DNA from: Hypanus sabinus
Taxonomy: Eukaryota
Length of the DNA stretch: 64,000 nt
Direction of reading: 5' to 3'
Assembly (NCBI RefSeq): GCF_030144855.1
Contig: NC_082713.1
Location: forward strand, 35,588,001 to 35,652,000
Shown here piece after piece: positions 25,521 through 39,089 of the stretch (position 1 is the stretch's first letter; each line of letters opens with the position of its first letter). The notes beneath the pieces are model-generated. The model searched no databases, was not told the DNA's origin, and saw only the letters and a program-made list of their open reading frames with translations. Both the position numbers and the translations under genes were made by a program.

Positions 25521-26649
25521 AACTAATGGGAATCAATCTTTGAGGCTACGAATCTATCTTAATAAAATTATTTTCCTGGAATGCAGCCCTCTGTAAATCA
25601 CTGTAGTGTTGCTTCAGATGCTTCTCTCTTCATTTGAAAAAAGTCATTTATTATCTCCTCAAGTTTACCTAATCATTCCATTAGATGTGGTTAGTCTGTA
25701 TTTTAACCTGTGTTTTCCAGTCCTGGTTCTTCAAACTTAATACTCTTGAAATTTCCTCCTGTACAAAACTTCAGACTAAGATATACAAATTCCTTTGCCT
25801 CTTGAATGTTATGAAGAATTTAATATTTTCAAAAATCATGGCATGAACAAACATTAAATCATTAAATGAACAAACACCTATCTCCATACATTCATTGTAT
25901 TTGCCAAGCTTTGTCCATTCACATGATCATTCCATTACTTTTTCTCATTTTTGAGTTCCAGGGTGAATCAGAGTTCATACATTGATGGTTATGGAGAACA
26001 AATATTTCAGATTATGAATTTTTGCTTAGCAAAATGCTTTCCTGGAATGCAACCCCTTCTTAAATTAAGAGATACCCACACTGTAATTATTGTAGAAAGA
26101 CTTGACCAGGAGCTATCAATAAGCTTGATATAGCAGTATCTACGTTCAAGACATTTATGAATATGGTGTCATCACTCAGATCACTGCAAACATTATGATT
26201 TAAATCTTGCCAACTTGAAAACAAAGCAATATTTCTTCTTCTCTCTCCTCACTTCAAAGTATTAAAACATTCAGTATATGTTTTGCTGAAATCAAGGCAG
26301 AATTTTACATCACTCTCCAGCTTTTTTTATTCCATAGTTACACTTTTAAACTCAAGCTTGGTATTCATTAATCCATAAACAACCTGCTTTCTGAACTCAT
26401 TAATCCCAATAATGTCCTGTTTCTTGGTACTGTATAATCCATGTTGATTGTATTTTGTTCCTGTATGATCTGCCTTTGTCCTATATGATCTGTCTTGGCC
26501 TTACAAGTGTTTTGAGGTTCCTAAATTTAAAAACAAAACCTGAGATAGCTAGCATAGCTTCAAACTGATTTTTGTTACTCAGCCTACTGAGCTTCTCATG
26601 CCAATTGTTTTGTTTACTAACCTGGCCCCATCTACATTTTAAAACATTT

Positions 26650-26860
26650 GCCTCTACTTCTCAACTTCACCAATCCCTCACCTTTTTCTACTTGTCAATT
26701 ATCCTTCATGCCTCCTCGATCCACCAATCATCTACTGGCCCCTGTCTCACAAACACCCATCTCTTCTTTATACAGCTATCTCGTCTCTCCATTCCCAGTC
26801 CTGATGCATGGTCTGCCTGCCACAGTTACTACTCCTCCTGCTGAGTTCCTCCAGCAGTGT
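26650..26860 (+). mobile_element. Old Penelope-like terminal fragment
   Basis: Pyrimidine tract, cagtcctgatg, cctgctgagttcctccagca. Confidence 0.5.
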
Positions 26861-26965
26861 TCTGATTCATTTACCCCCCACCCTATGTGTGAAAAATATG
26901 CCTCTTAGGTCACTTTGAAATATCCCTCTCACTTTAAACTTGTGTGCAAAATACTGCAGCAATAT

Positions 26966-27247
26966 GACATCATGGGTAAAGGATGAAAATTGAAACCTCT
27001 AAGGGGAACTTGAGAGAAAATCCATTCAGTCTGAGCGTAATGAGAGTGTGGAATGAGCTGCCAGTGTAAGTGGTAGATGCGATTTCTGTTTCAACGATTA
27101 AGAGAAGTTTGGGCAGGTACGTGGATGAGAGACATGGAGTGGCTATGGCTCAGGTATAGGTCAATGTGACTAGGCAGTTTAAATGTTTCAGCATGGACTA
27201 GATGGGCCAAAGATCCTGTTTCTGTGCTGTAGTTTTCTATGACTCTA
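26966..27247 (+). mobile_element. CR1 3' end
   Basis: gagagtgtggaatgagctgcca...tail ttctatgactct, as in element A. Confidence 0.8.
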
Positions 27248-27929
27248 ATATATGTTTTATAATCAGTGCACAGAAGCAGCCATTGTATTCTGTACACTAA
27301 TCCCATTTACCAGCTTTTATTTGGGCTTCATTTGCCCATGTCTGCACCCTTTTCACAATTTCCAATAAAACTCCCGATCATCTTGCAGCTAAACTATTAT
27401 TGCCTGTTCTTTGCTTCATTTTGCTTTCACTCTGTCCATCCCTACTCCTGGATCAGCCTGCATGATCCAGTAGGACATAGACCTTCAAATCTGCCAGAGC
27501 TCCACAGCAAAATTTCATTTTCTGGGTGCTCTGCACCCTGATTTCTTACTTTCTGTTTCCCAGTTTGCTATCTCTACTCCAGATCATATTGCTGCATCTG
27601 TGCCTTACTTTACCATCCGTTTAACTCTACACCATCAAATTCACTCTTGCTTCACCTTGTCTTCTCAGAATTGTTGTGCTTCACCTTGTTTGCCCATTCC
27701 TATTCCCAGTTCACCTAACACAATCTGCTATAACAGTATCCTTTTAAAGCTCACCCAATCCCAGCCATGTCCTCACCCTCGCCCTTTCTACTAGCCAAAA
27801 GACGACAGGATTTATGATTGCTTCAATACAATTAAACAAACATATTTTGTCTTTTTGTTTGCTAACTTTTGCATACTGATGTTGTTAATATCATACATAT
27901 GGCATCATGGATATCAACCAAACATTAAA

Positions 27930-29227
27930 ATTCTTGGTATTGTATTGAGTGCTCTACTCCTCCTCCCATCCCTCCATTACAATCTTTGTCTATCAAGTTA
28001 TCTCTAGAGGCAAGGTCTCACCCAATTATATTGCATATGCATTTGTTCTGGAATAAACTAACCAGATTATTTAAATTTAATCCATACTTGAATGAAGCCT
28101 TGAGTATCTGGATGAATCCAAAGTTGTGTATTGATAAGTCCCCTTTCTTCTGGAGGGAATGGCAATTGAAAGGCATAATTAAATTGGGAGACCTTTATAA
28201 TGGCGATAGTTTAAAATCTTTTAATCAATTAACCCAACAGTATCAAATTTCTAGGTCACAGTTTTGGAGTTTCAACTGTGCTATTTGCTACATAGAACTT
28301 TTGGTTCCACACAGCAGCCCCCATGAGTTGCTACAATACTGTCTACTGTATTGGCTGCACATGGGAAAGGTCACAAAGCTTCAACTTATTATTCAGCTTT
28401 AACACAAACATCTGGAGACAAAACTCTGTTAGGTCTTAAAAGAGCATGGGGAAAAAAATCCGAGTTTGACTTTTGAGACAAAACAGTGGGACAAAATCTG
28501 CAAAAATGTTAAAACAATGTCAAGGGACCAGAGGGTGCGCCTTATGCAGTTTAAGATCCTACACTGTTTCTATTGGACTCCAGCAAGGTTACATAGATTA
28601 GGGTTGAAAAACACCCCTCAATACTGCTGCTGTGAGGCAGATAAATGGGACTTAGTACATGCTGTCTGGTCCTGTCCCAGAATTTAAGAATTTTGGATTA
28701 CGATACTTAAGTTTCAGTTATTCAACTCCCTTTCTGTCCCAGACTTTTTGTCTTGGGAGACACACTTGGCTTAATTGGGGATAAACACTCTGAAAATTGG
28801 ATCCAGAAAAGTATAATGGTAGGAAGGCAAATTATACTTAGAGGTTGGAGGAACTTGGTGGGGGGGGGGGGTGTGGAATGATCATTTTAGGAGTGGGTCA
28901 CAGAAATAGCCAAAGTGGCAGCTTTTGAACACATGTCTTACAAACAGTTTGATAGATTGGACATCTATACACAAAAATGGGGCAAATATTTAGGTTTCCT
29001 GGGGGTAAAATAGTGGTGAATGTAGTGGTGAAGCATATTTCCGAATGGTAGTCTTTTCTGTTATTAGAGGTCTAATGGACACACTTGGTTATTACATTGA
29101 TATTTATTTCTGCAATGTTTGTTTTTATTTTATGGATAATTTAATGTTGTGAAAGCTATGGTTTACATAATTTTAACACTCAAGGGTTCAGGGAAAAAAA
29201 TTCTAGAAATAAAATTATTTTAAAAAA
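27930..29227 (+). mobile_element. 5'-truncated L1-clade LINE (ORF2 C-terminus, 3' UTR, AATAAA and A tail)
   Basis: IWMNP..WQLKGIIKLGDLY..SFNQL; QFKILHCFYWTPARL..CCCE..HAVWSCP zinc knuckle; aataaa near 29209. Confidence 0.85.
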
Positions 29228-30214
29228 TGGCAATGAACATCCCACTCATAAAAGGATAGATACAGATAGTTCAATGTCTACAGTTTCTTTAAAAAAAAAT
29301 ATATATATAATCTTCTAGGTTATATTCCTATTTTAGTAATGGCTACCTAATTATTACAGGAATTTCAAACTGATCTCTTCATTGATATTGAAGACCACAT
29401 TTATTTTTTTGTTTTTGGTTTGGATACTGTAGTGTTTTAATTGAAGTATTACAGTGACTAAATACTGTATAAAGTTATTACTGTATAATACTGTATAAAG
29501 TTCATCCTTTTCCCATATAATTGTATTTGTAATGTAGTTGCTCACAGTTATGTGGTTACGTGCTGCCAGGGATCAGCTTGAACAGCTTTTTAAAACTGTT
29601 TGGAGTGTCATGTGGGCATTTGTTTGTAGAAGATCTATGATATGCCTATCTGCAGCCCAGAACAGCCACTGGCCTAGCGGACAGTAAAGGGTGAACCAGG
29701 AATAGAGAGGGATGCAAGGAGCGAAAGGAATACACAACAGTAATTGGATATAGCGTGAAGCAGGAAGTGCAGTGTGAGTGGAACTGGACATGGTAAATGA
29801 GGAGGTGATGGGCCAGTGCACCAAGTAGGGAGGAACGTGAAAAATCTGAGTAAAGCAAGTGTGAATCTCAAGATCAGAGAGACGGCAGTTAGCATGATGG
29901 AGGCTGGGTGACCTGGAGTGGAAATGCGAAATGGGAGCAGACGCAGGAGGACAGGGCTCAGGCAAGTGTCTGAGGGTGAGGGCAGGGCTAGTGAGTGTGA
30001 AATGGTCGTAAATCCTGCCATCTTTTGGCTTGCATTTGGTTACATATCATTGCCCATTTTTTATTGTGATTTGGAAAACAATTGGGGATTGAACTGTGGA
30101 ATAACTTACCAATCACAAGGCCTAAAGCAAATAATGCAACTTCATTTTCTTCCTTTGGTTATGCAGAACACAAACAGGTCTTCATGTTGGAATCTTACTC
30201 AAAAAATTTATAGG

Positions 30215-30340
30215 TTATAGGGAGAGGGGCAGGGAGTGGGGCCGAGGAGGGGAATAAAGGATCAGCCATAATTGAATGGCAGAGCAGTCTCAATGGGCCC
30301 AATGCTCTGATTTTGCTTCAATGCCTTATGGTTTTATGAT
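30215..30340 (+). mobile_element. CR1 3' tail
   Basis: ggatcagccataattgaatggcagagcag...ccttatggttttatg. Confidence 0.7.
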
Positions 30341-32680
30341 CTAACAACTTGTTATTCAGATTCTGGGTTCTTGCCATTGTCCCACTACTTCCTGTCCATT
30401 GAAATACTTGTGATTTACTTGTGGACCTTTTCTTGCTGTCTGCTTCAATGGCTGATACATTATTCCATCTTTCTGTTCCCACTTTCATAAAATAAAGTTT
30501 TTGATTCATGGTTCTATTTCTCTGTTAATGAGTTCTCCTTGTACCTAAGTTTTTGCCAAGTGATAAATTTCTTTCTATTTTGGAAATACTTTCAGTGGCT
30601 TTTTTCTTTTGAAATGAAAAGGCCAAAACTTGACCTAAATGATGAATGGGCAAAAGTGGAGAATGTATTTCCATGCATGGATAGTCCAAAACCTGAAATT
30701 ATAAAAGTAAAATAAGAAACTAATATATTCAGAACTAGAAGACATAAATGTAGGATAATTGCTGACCATTTCAGTTACCTGGGGTAATTAGAATGTGAAA
30801 ATTGAGAAGCAGATAGTTGAGATAAATAACACTAAACTTCAAGGGGTAGTAAGAATAGTTTATGAGAAAAAAAGAGATAGAAAGGCTATCATGTAGAATA
30901 TAAACACAAGCAGAGGACAGACAACCGGTAACTGTGTTGTAAATTGGCTGTTATTCTATTTAATCTTGTTCAACTGGATGACCTAAATAAAGCAGCCCTA
31001 AACCTTCTTCAGAAAGTAAAACTTCATTGACATGACCATTTTTGATGGTCCTCATGTGACTTTTCAAAGGAAAGAGCATCAGTTTTGAAGACCAGGGGAC
31101 AAAAATGCACACGCAATCTAAATTGGGTATCTGACAAATGCCTCATTCAAATAATAAGACAACCACTTTTAATTTGTACTGTGCTGGAAATTTATTGATA
31201 TTCTTCATCACTTGAACAGCATTGAAAAGTAAGTGGCAAATGAAGGGATTAATTTTGTATCAATTTTGATATTCCATACTGTCAGATTATTTTTGAATAG
31301 GAGGTCTGCTGTGTCTGAGAACTTATCAATGCCTTGAAATCTTACAGTTTGATGCACACTCCCCCAAGCTAATGTGATGTGTCAGCAGATTGCTTAGCTA
31401 TTGCATCTAAATACTCATTTGTGCTGATGTTGCACAGTTTCCCTTATAGGTGACATTCTCAAACATTAATTTATTAATGTGGAATATTACCATTTAGTTC
31501 TCATGGTGTAGAATGAAAACTCCTTTTTTATTTCTATTGTGTGTTTGTGACCAATGTTCCAGCAACTTTAATTTAATTCCAGGAGAATTAACTCAGAAGT
31601 AAAGAGGTAAACCTTTCCAAAGCTAGTTTTGAATTCATTTAGTTCTCTTTACAATACAAATTGATATTTGAATTTTCAAACTGAAGTCAGATAGACTGCA
31701 GAACAAGAAGCTCAATTTCATTATTTTCATGACTAATGTTCTCTCACATGACCTGAAGGGTTTAGCTACTTCCAATAATATGTTTGGTAATGGCTGGCAG
31801 CTTTCAAGATTCATGCACACCCACTATTCTCAAAAGGGAGTCGAGATTGTGTGTGTTAGAAAGATGTTGTCCTTAATACGTGTCATACCCAGACCTGATC
31901 TCATTCTCACAGAAGTGGACACTTGAAATCCCTGAACAAGAAAATGTTTCATTTTGTGTGGTTCTTCAATTGCAATTTCATTTCTATCTGTGCCTATATG
32001 AATGGACCTATCTTGCAATTCTGCATCATAAATGATATATTTCCCATCAAAGCCAATGGTCTGGTTTTTATATCTACATTATAAAATATAAGGAATTAAA
32101 TTTTGAAAATAACTTCCATCAGACCTATCAATTTTTTTTCACTTTCTACATTAGAATTTCATCTTGATTTTAAATACCACATATCTGAATAATAATGAAT
32201 GCTTTTAATAATTAAAGCAGTTAACTGGATCTCATTCTGAGTTCAGTCTAAAGTCACTGGAAACATTTCACTTAAATATTAGCAGTTTTAAAATTAAACA
32301 GACCAAATGCTAAAATGTAAGCTTTAATTATAAAATTATGATGATATTTAGATCAAAAGAGATGTTTATTGAAGACTTGATTCGATTCTGTTTTTGTATT
32401 TTGAACATAGAACAGTACAGCACAGGAATAGGCCCTTTGCCCCATCAAATCTGCACCAACCATGATGCCAATCTAAATCTGCCAATAATGTCTCTATCCC
32501 TCCATTTTCTATGTCTCCATTTGACGTTCTATATCTACTATCATACCTGCTACTAGCTTTTCCCCAGCAGCACATTCAGGGTACCTACCACATGCATCCC
32601 CTGCGTGAAAAGCTAATTCTGCACATCTCCTTTAAACTTTCTCCCATTCTTAAGGGTATGTCCTCTCATATTTGACATTT

Positions 32681-33615
32681 TAGAATCAGAATCGGGTTTA
32701 TTGTCACCAGCATGTGACATGAAATTTGTTAACTTAGCAGCAGCAGTTCAATNNNNNNNNNNNNNNNNNNNNNNNNNNNNNNNNNNNNNNNNNNNNNNNN
32801 NNNNNNNNNNNNNNNNNNNNNNNNNNNNNNNNNNNNNNNNNNNNNNNNNNNNNNNNNNNNNNNNNNNNNNNNNNNNNNNNNNNNNNNNNNNNNNNNNNNN
32901 NNNNNNNNNNNNNNNNNNNNNNNNNNNNNNNNNNNNNNNNNNNNNNNNNNNNNNTAAATAAATAAATAGTATACGCATATTGAATAGTCTAAGGGTTCAA
33001 TGTCTATTTAGGAATCGGATGGCAGAGGGGAAGATATGTTCCTGAATCACTGAGTGTGTGCCTTCAGTCATCTGTACCTACCTGATGGTAACAATGAGAA
33101 AAGGGCATGCCCTGGGGACTGGAAGTCCTTAATAATGGATGTTGCCTTTCTGAGACACCACTCCCTGAAGATGGCCTTGGTATTTTGTTGGCCAGTACCC
33201 AAGATGGAGCTGAATAGATTTACAACACTCTGCAGCTTCTTTTGGTCCTGTGCAGTAGCAGCCACCCCCGCCCCCCCCCCCCCCCCCCCACCACCGCCCC
33301 CTCCATTCCAGACAGTGATGCAGCCTGTCAGAATGCTCTCCACAGTACATCTATAGAAGTTTTTGAGTGTATTTGTTGACATGCCAAATCTCTTCAAACT
33401 TCTAATGAAATATAGCCATTGTGTTTTTTTCCTCAGAGATCTTGACACCCAGGAACTTGAAACTGCTCACTCTCTCCACTTCTGACCCCTCTATGAGGAT
33501 TGGTATGTGTTTCTTTGTCCTATCCTTCCTGAAGCTCTTTGATCTTACTGATGTTGAGTGCCAGGTTGTTGCTGTGGCACCACTCCACTAGTTGGTATAT
33601 GTCACTCCTGTACAC
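32681..33615 (-). mobile_element. Rex1/Babar LINE 3' portion
   Basis: Minus ORF LYFIRSLKRFGMSTNTLKNFYRCTVESILTGCITVW..PGHALFSLLPSGRYR; (ATTCTG)n tail. Confidence 0.9.
32753..32954. other. Assembly gap (202 N)
   Basis: Run of N. Confidence 1.
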
Positions 33616-33876
33616 TCATTTCTTCCCAGGGAGAAGAAAAACTTTGATTATTGACTCATGTATGCCTCTCATAATTTTCACAAACTTCTATTAGGTGGCC
33701 ATTCAGCCTCTGAGAAAACAACCTGTCTGACCAAACTTTTCTAACTGTCAATGCACCCCTATCCAGGCAATGTCATGATGAACCCTTACTGTATTTTCTC
33801 TAATACCTCTGCATCCTTCCAATAGTGTGGCAAACAGAATTGCACATATGCCACATGTAGTCTAACAAAGTTTTAC

Positions 33877-34018
33877 ACATAAGAAAGTTTGCTGATACTG
33901 TAAATCCAAAGCAACAGACACAAAATACTAAAGGAACTCAGCAGGTCAGTTAGCATCCATAAAAATAGACAAACTGTCAATATTTCAGGCCGAAACACAT
34001 TTTCAGGACGCAGCTTTT
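33877..34018 (-). mobile_element. Short Penelope-derived insertion with 9-bp TSD
   Basis: aagttttac at 33868-33876 and 34019-34027; homologous to 7642-7771. Confidence 0.75.
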
Positions 34019-34819
34019 AAGTTTTACGCAACTTTAATATGCCTTACCTATATTTATACACAATGTTCTAAATGCTGAAGGCTGTTTGCCTTTTTTTTAA
34101 CACACTATATACTTCTGTTGCCACTTTCAGGGGGCAATGTACTTATACCCCCAAGATTCCTTTGTACATCATTGATCCTAAAAGTCCTTCCACTTACTGT
34201 AAACCTTACTTCTGCATTTGACCTCCTAAAATGCATTACCACATCCTATTCTAGATTAAACACCATCTGCCACTTCTCTACCTAAATTTCCAAATGATCT
34301 GCATCCTGCTTTATCGTTTGACAACCTTCATCACGATCGACAGCTCCACCATTTCTTAGTTTAATCGGAAAGTTTGCTTATCTGACCACCAACATTTTCA
34401 TCCAAATCATTTGTTAGGGATTGCTAGTCATAGGATATCCTTCAAGAATTGTGTGGATAGCTGCTGTTAAACCAAACTGGAATCAGACTTCAAAAAAACA
34501 CGTTCAAATATGAATTGTAAATTACAAGTAGTAATCAGTTTAGAAATTAAAAGGATAGTTTTGTAAACAAACAGCACCTGCTACAGAGCACAGGCTACTG
34601 GCCAACAGTGAAGACCACTCAGGAGAGTTGGTTTGCAAACTGCCATGACAGTGAGACATTCTCATATGCATTAGCCAAATATAAGACAATGGGGCTATCT
34701 AAGTGGCCTGCCTCAAACCTGGCATCTGATGGCTTCTGTTTCATATTAGGCAAAATTATGATATAGACCAAGATGTTTCCAAATTTGATTTACTTCATCA
34801 CTTAGCACGATACCCACGG

Positions 34820-35040
34820 ACATCATATGAATCACTAGAGGAATACAATAAGTCAGGCAGCATTTATTGAGGAAAACGGGCAGAAGATGTTTTAGGTTAA
34901 GGCCTTTCATCCAATCCAGATGAAGGGTCTCAACCCAAAATGTTAACTATTCCCTCCAGAGATGCTGCCTGATTCATTGTATTGCTCCAGCATCTTGTGT
35001 GTGCTTCAGACTCCAGTATTTGTAGTCTCTTGTGTCTCCA
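34820..35040. repeat. Inverted pair of Penelope-derived terminal repeats
   Basis: gatgttttaggttaaggcctttcatc / gatgaagggtctcaacccaaaatgtt centred near 34914. Confidence 0.7.
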
Positions 35041-38000
35041 TGTACATAAATATGTTTGCTCTGCCAATGAATAACAGGGATAATTGTGTACCAGAGATTC
35101 CATCCACATAGCACTTATTTTGCATGTCTATTTTTTAATATCCACAGAAGCTTTGAAATCATCCATGTGAATTAATTGATGCATAAATTGCATTCTTTGT
35201 CCTTGAGTGGATCTACTTTTTCTTAGCTACGCTCTTGCTTTAAATTCATTTGTAAAATGCCTGGGGATTTTCTTTGATTCAACCTGCCAAGGACACTTCA
35301 TGCCTCTTTAAGCCCACCTAATTCCTTGTTTAAGTTCTTTCTTGCTTCCTTTATATTCCTCAGGAGTCTTGTCTAATTTCAGCTTCCAGAACCTTACACT
35401 TGCTTCTTTTTTTATTCATATTTTGCTAAATTTACAATATCTCTAGTCATCCAGGGTTTCATTCTACACCTTTCATCCTCACGAGAATATGCAGACCCTG
35501 AACTCTAACCAATTGGCCTGTCAATGACCCTCACACATGTCAAAGGTGGATTTATCCCCAAAGAGCCACTCACTATCTACTTTCTCCAGTTCTTGCCCAA
35601 TTCTAGTATAAATAGCCTTTCCCCTAATTTAGCACTGTCAGCTGTGGACCGGTCATATCTTGATCCATTACCATCTTATTCTTGGTTCAGTCTGGGTACT
35701 TTGATTTTATTTTGTGTCCATTAATATTAGGTATCTTTGATTTGTAAAAATCATCCAGCCAAGAGATGTGTCAGCTTTAAGTCTTCATAAAATATAATTT
35801 CATTGACATTTGGAATATTAACTTTATGGAATCTTTAATATTTACCATGTCCCACTAGTTTATTTCCAGACTCATGTTTCCAAGGCTGTTAACACTGAGG
35901 TAAGTAAAATATTATAGGAAGATTTCCAATCATGCTCTTGCACTTGGGCTCCTTTCTCTGTGAAGTCAAAGTCACATTGGTTCTTAACTTCCTTGTCACA
36001 GAAGCTTTCTAACTAGCCACAGTATGTATCTGCTGAATCTCAGAGTTTACTGCTGGTTTCTGCATTGGAGTGCTCATCAAGAGGAGGTTTCATGGGTTTC
36101 ATGTGTTTCAAGTTAAATAAAAAGTGGGACTTTGGAAATTGCTGGCTTCCCAAAAGTGATGATATTTGTATCCATTAATTACTTGGACATTTTAATCAGC
36201 AGAATGGGTTTCCATTGCTTATACATGTGGATATTGTGGGTCATCAGATGATTTATATGATGGTGAATGTATCTTCATTATCATGGAATACAAACTGCTC
36301 AATATTTTCCTTGTTTGGCGTGCCTGGAGGAAGGAATCCTGGGAAATTAAGGCTTTACCTTTACTTCATACCAATCCACAGTCCTACCAGAGGTAATAAA
36401 CATGGATACGAAGGGAACCATCAGAATTATTGGAGAAAATGTCACTGTTCTTAAAATTGGGGTATGGTGTGTGCAATATGTGTGTTGCCTGGAAGAATAT
36501 GCCCAGTTGGAGGCATCTGGTGGAACAGAACGAAGAGTAGCAGTTGGACCTGGAGTTGACAGAATAGGAGGAATTGACTGAAAAACAGTATGGACAAGAA
36601 GAGCTGGAAGTTGAGAGAGGTAACTTATTCCATCACAGTGATACAGATATATGCAGAAACAAGTTAAATAAAGAGCTGACAATTGTCAATACCAAGTGCT
36701 GGGCTATTTCAAAAAACTCAAAAAAAATTGAGAAAAAGTGAATTCCTTAAATTAATCCCAGAATTTTTTTAACAACTAAGTAATTATTTTAATCTCTTGA
36801 ATGGATGTTGTAGTTCAGTCGTTAAGTTGAATCCAGCTCTTCATGACCTCATGGACTCCCGCACACCAAGCCTTATTATTGGAAACTGCCTCTAAGATCC
36901 CCCAAGGTCATACACAAATGTGAATGAATGGATAGAAAGTAGAATTATCCTAATGTCTTGTTTACTTGTCTAGACTTGGAATGCTGAGGTGGTATTATTG
37001 ATGTTTTTGGTAATCAATCAAAATCTGGTCCATATCTGCCATGAGTCACTAGTATTTTGCTTAAGCTTATATTCTGTCAAAAAGGCAAAGGAGATTCTGG
37101 CAGAGATTGATCCAACTTGTAATTTTCATGCTAAACTTCATAGGAATTGTCACAATAAGATGCAGAATAGAGTCCACAATCATTACCAGCTTCTTCAGCA
37201 ATTGTGCTTAATATGGAGTTAGACAAGTGAAATATAGGAGTCGTTTTATTCTCCTTGGAAATATCAATGTAAATAATATGAGATTTACAGTTCTCAAAAA
37301 TATCTAAAGGTATGACAGATTGTTCCTGATGGCTGATAATTTCTCATTCAGATGGTATAGCATGACATCCTTGATAAACATAAATAAATATTCTGATGCT
37401 GAGAGATACTGAGCAAATATCCTACATTAATTAACTAAGGGAATTTATGTCCCTTTCCTATTTCTTTATTAAAATCCTATCATCATTAATTTGGAGAATA
37501 AAGTAAATTGAAAGACATAGAATTGGTGGAAGCAAAATTATTAAATACATTTATTAAATTATTTTGTTCAGGTTCTTTTATCTGGGTTATTAATCATGGA
37601 GAGTTATCAACTGGATGGATGTGCTGTTCCCAAATAGCACAGAGGTGACTAACTAGTTCTGTTCATCAATTGATCATCTTTCTCTGTGTGATGATGTACA
37701 CTCATTATTAAATTCTTTATACCGCCTGTGCAGCAAGGCTGCAAGAAACCACATGATGCGTTCCAGCTCCTTTGCAAATTGAATACTGAACATACCATTT
37801 TGCTTTTAATCAAGGGTGAGTAAGATTTAGTTGATGCAAGTTTCATGATTTTAGATGAAAATTCCCTGCAGTGTTAGTGGAGAGCTTCACAGTTGGAGTT
37901 CTAGTACTGACATCAAAAGCCCAAAGGCACAATTTGAAGGAGAATGGGGAATTCTTCCAATCTTTTGAAGAACACTTCCTTTTAATCAGTACTATAGGGG

Positions 38001-38367
38001 ACAAAATTGTAACACCCAATATTCATCTCTGCTAAAAAAAAAGCTGACAGATAAAACAATGCATTCAATGAAAATAACTACTCTTAAATTTTTAGAGTGA
38101 ATAATAAGAATCTATATGAATGCAATAATATTAGGTTAAAAGTGGAGCACACTTAAATACTAGATAAACATTTTAACATTTTACCTTCTATCTGAATAAC
38201 ATTTTATCTTATAATTTTTATATTTAACATTTATATAAAAATTTCATATTATTGTTAGCTTATTAACATTTAAGTTTAATGTATTGATCTTCAATAATAC
38301 TGTTCAATACAAATTCAGTGTATTAAGTATCACATTTTCCCTCATTCGTGGACTGAGATGAAACTAG

Positions 38368-38970
38368 TATTGGTATAGGTATTGGTTTGTTATTGTCACA
38401 TGTACCAAGATGCATTGAAAAGCTTGCCTAACACACTGTTTATACAGATCAAATCATCATTATACAGTGCATTGAACTAGAATAAGATAAAACAATAACA
38501 ATACAGAGCAAAGTGTAAAAGCTACCAGCGAAGTGCAGTGAGGTGAATGATTAAGTGCAAGATAGTTTGTGAGGCCTAGAGTCCATTTTATTGTGCAAGA
38601 AGTCAGTTCAAGATTCTAATAACAGTACTGTAGAAGCTGTCCTTGAGCCTGATGGTACAGTTTTCAGGCTTTTGTATCTTCTGCTCAATGGGAGAGGGGA
38701 AAAGAGGAAATCTACAGGGTGGGGGTTGTCTTGGATTATACTGTTTGTTTTCCTAAAGCAGCAAGAAGTATTGAAAACTCATAAAGGGAAAGCTGTTGCT
38801 ATGATTAATAGAGTTGATTCCAGAACTCTCTGCAGCTTCCTTCTGTCACCTGCAGAGTAAATAATATTAAAGATTTCTATGGTACACTGATAAAAATTGG
38901 TAAGAGTTGACGGGGACAAGCTGAGTTTTTTTAGCCTCCTAAGGAAGAAGAGGTGTTGGCAAGCTTTTTC
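38368..38970 (-). mobile_element. Rex1/Babar 3' end
   Basis: KACQHLFFLRRLKKLSLSPSTLTNFYQCTIE; (CCAATA)n tail. Confidence 0.8.
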
Positions 38971-39089
38971 TGTCTCTTCAGTTACTCTTGAATAAGCTTC
39001 AAATGAAAAGACTTTGGAACAAACAATGTGGTAGTTAAGCATTTAAATCATAGATTTGAGGGGCTGCTGGGGAAAAAAAACCTCCACCT

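Larger units (their letters stand above)
32404..34410 (-). mobile_element. Old CR1 3' region, split by Rex1 and Penelope-derived insertions
   Basis: Tail aacatagaacagtacagcacagg at 32404; resumes ~33616 and ~34019; further decayed CR1 at ~35100-35650. Confidence 0.7.

Noticed and set aside
29573-30021. Three overlapping minus-strand ORFs (up to 130 aa)
   Set aside because: Purine-rich plus strand depletes stops on the minus strand; no domain similarity or convincing splice pattern
32701-32978. ORFs with X runs
   Set aside because: Artefact of the N gap
33068-33448. Poly-Gly / poly-Pro proteins
   Set aside because: Translation of a C homopolymer expansion inside Rex1
36347-36682. 111-aa minus ORF with a possible acceptor and donor
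   Set aside because: No recognisable protein; compositional bias; weak splice sites
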